A DNA stretch of 27,966 bases from positions 1 to 27,966 of the IMG/VR virus record IMGVR_UViG_3300043296_000162. The stretch is one strand, 5' to 3'. How positions within the stretch are numbered: position 1 is the stretch's first letter; each line of letters starts with the position of its first letter. The position numbers and the translations under genes were made by a program. This document shows, one piece after another, positions 26,885 through 27,966 of the stretch. Under the pieces are notes generated by a model that saw only the letters and a list, made by a program, of their open reading frames with translations, had not been told where the DNA came from and ran no database searches. The DNA comes from a virus. Taxonomy: Duplodnaviria; Caudoviricetes.

Positions 26885-27169
26885 ATGTCCGATGATTTTA
26901 AAACGGCTTTGGAAATTGCGGCCCTAGTTATCGGGGGTATTGTGGCTATTTTTGTTAGCGGTCGATGGTTCGGATGGAAACACAAAGAAATACTTGATAA
27001 AATAGCAACGATTAAAAACATGCTTGAAATTCATATTATTGATGAAACTGAAGTTTTTAATAAAATTGAACAAGATATTTGCGAGCAAACTAAATCAATT
27101 AGAGATTTGCAAATAATCTGTAATGGGTATGCTGAGCATGGGCATACGGAACATGGACGCCCACAATGA
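26885..27169 (+). CDS. Small single-TM membrane protein of the lysis region
   Basis: Hydrophobic helix ALEIAALVIGGIVAIFVSG followed by a coiled segment. ATG at 26885 just after the fibre stop. Confidence 0.6.
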   Translation: MSDDFKTALEIAALVIGGIVAIFVSGRWFGWKHKEILDKIATIKNMLEIHIIDETEVFNKIEQDICEQTKSIRDLQIICNGYAEHGHTEHGRPQ

Positions 27170-27420
27170 AAATTGAAAAAATACATGGGGTGATTGCTTT
27201 CGTTCTAACTATTGGCGGTTTGCTTTGGTGGTGGTTCGGACATATTAGTGTCGCGCAAACGGATCATACAGAGCAAGTAACTATTGTGGAAGCAGTTGAA
27301 AAACTAACAGAAATTCACATTCGACAAGATACAGTTGAGAAAGCAGAAGAAGAACTGTTGAAGAAATTGTGTGATGAAGGCAAACTTGTTGACTGTGCTA
27401 AGGATGATGAAATTGAGTAA
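27166..27420 (+). CDS. Small single-TM membrane protein of the lysis region
   Basis: ATGA overlap with the previous gene. TM segment GVIAFVLTIGGLLWWWF, then an acidic coiled coil with two cysteines. Confidence 0.6.
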   Translation: MKIEKIHGVIAFVLTIGGLLWWWFGHISVAQTDHTEQVTIVEAVEKLTEIHIRQDTVEKAEEELLKKLCDEGKLVDCAKDDEIE

Positions 27421-27838
27421 ATCAAAAAGCGATCTTCATACTGCAACTAGAATAAGATGCAATGCGACAATGGCGGCAATGCGCGCGTATGGGTATCCAA
27501 TTTTCATTGTTCGGACTTATGACACTTTGACGAAGCAAGAAAAACTTTATGCACAGGGACGAACGACACCCGGAAAAATTGTCACCAAAATTAAAAAGGG
27601 TTGGCATAACATCCGGCAAGACGGGAAACCCTGTGCAAGAGCGATTGATTGGGCTTTTTGTGAGCAGGAACAATTTCCAAATCGTGATTCATGGTCGATG
27701 GATTGGCCTTGGGACCGACTGAAGAAAATCGCGGAAGCTTGCGATTTGAAGAAAACACTTAAATGGGATTATGGACATTTTGTAGACAAGCAAGGCGAAA
27801 AATTCAAAGAAGCTTGGCGCAATTCTGATCAATGTTAA
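27404..27838 (+). CDS. Endolysin, peptidase M15 (L-Ala-D-Glu peptidase-like), divergent
   Basis: Q-xx-LYAQGRT-x-PGKIVT signature, then H...AID and D-xx-HF zinc-site motifs. Start at ATG 27404 or 27407 rather than GTG 27371. Confidence 0.82.
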   Translation: MMKLSKSKSDLHTATRIRCNATMAAMRAYGYPIFIVRTYDTLTKQEKLYAQGRTTPGKIVTKIKKGWHNIRQDGKPCARAIDWAFCEQEQFPNRDSWSMDWPWDRLKKIAEACDLKKTLKWDYGHFVDKQGEKFKEAWRNSDQC

Positions 27839-27853
27839 CTGGGGGGTAAAAAA

Positions 27854-27966
27854 ATGGAATGGATTACAAATATAGGTAGCTGGGTTCTGAATAATGGTGC
27901 TTTAATTCTTGAAATACTTGGTGCATTTGCTGTAGTTGCAAGATTCACACCTAACAAAACTGATGA
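27854..27966 (+). CDS. Probable holin, 5' part (runs off the window end)
   Basis: ATG after GGGGGG. MEWITNIGSWVLNNGALILEILGAFAVVARFTPNKTD...: hydrophobic helix followed by a TP-x-K-x-D motif common in small phage membrane proteins. Follows the endolysin. Confidence 0.6.
   Translation, partial: MEWITNIGSWVLNNGALILEILGAFAVVARFTPNKTD

Noticed and set aside
27132-27160. Short repeat encoding EHGHTEHGR at the end of the 26885 ORF
   Set aside because: Too short and degenerate to support a functional claim.
461-27673. Numerous minus-strand ORFs in the track (for example 4993..5847, 12215..13090, 18189..18842, 2640..3104)
   Set aside because: All lie antisense to well-supported + strand phage genes, have no recognisable motifs and are best explained as shadow ORFs.

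Overview
The whole window is the + strand virion morphogenesis and lysis region of a tailed dsDNA phage or prophage, with tightly packed and often overlapping genes in standard code 11. Gene order: end of an unknown gene; HK97-type portal; a MuF/SPP1 gp7-like head morphogenesis protein fused to a C-terminal zeta-toxin-like P-loop kinase, followed by an overlapping 59-aa ORF (candidate immunity gene); a multi-domain HK97 prohead protease; HK97-fold major capsid; head accessory and head-tail joining genes interrupted by a three-gene fibre module that includes a 1278-aa repeat protein; a Mu-like contractile tail (sheath, tube, chaperone with a -1 frameshift, tape measure, gpN-, gpP-, gp45-, gp46-, gp47- and gp48-like genes, tail fibre); and a lysis cassette. 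The most notable signals are the candidate virion-delivered MuF-zeta toxin/immunity pair, two GGGAY-loop hairpins in the capsid leader, extra beta-domains inserted into several structural proteins (one nested inside a copy of itself), and apparent CCWGG depletion with GCGCGC enrichment. All assignments come from motif recognition and synteny by eye; no database searches were run.
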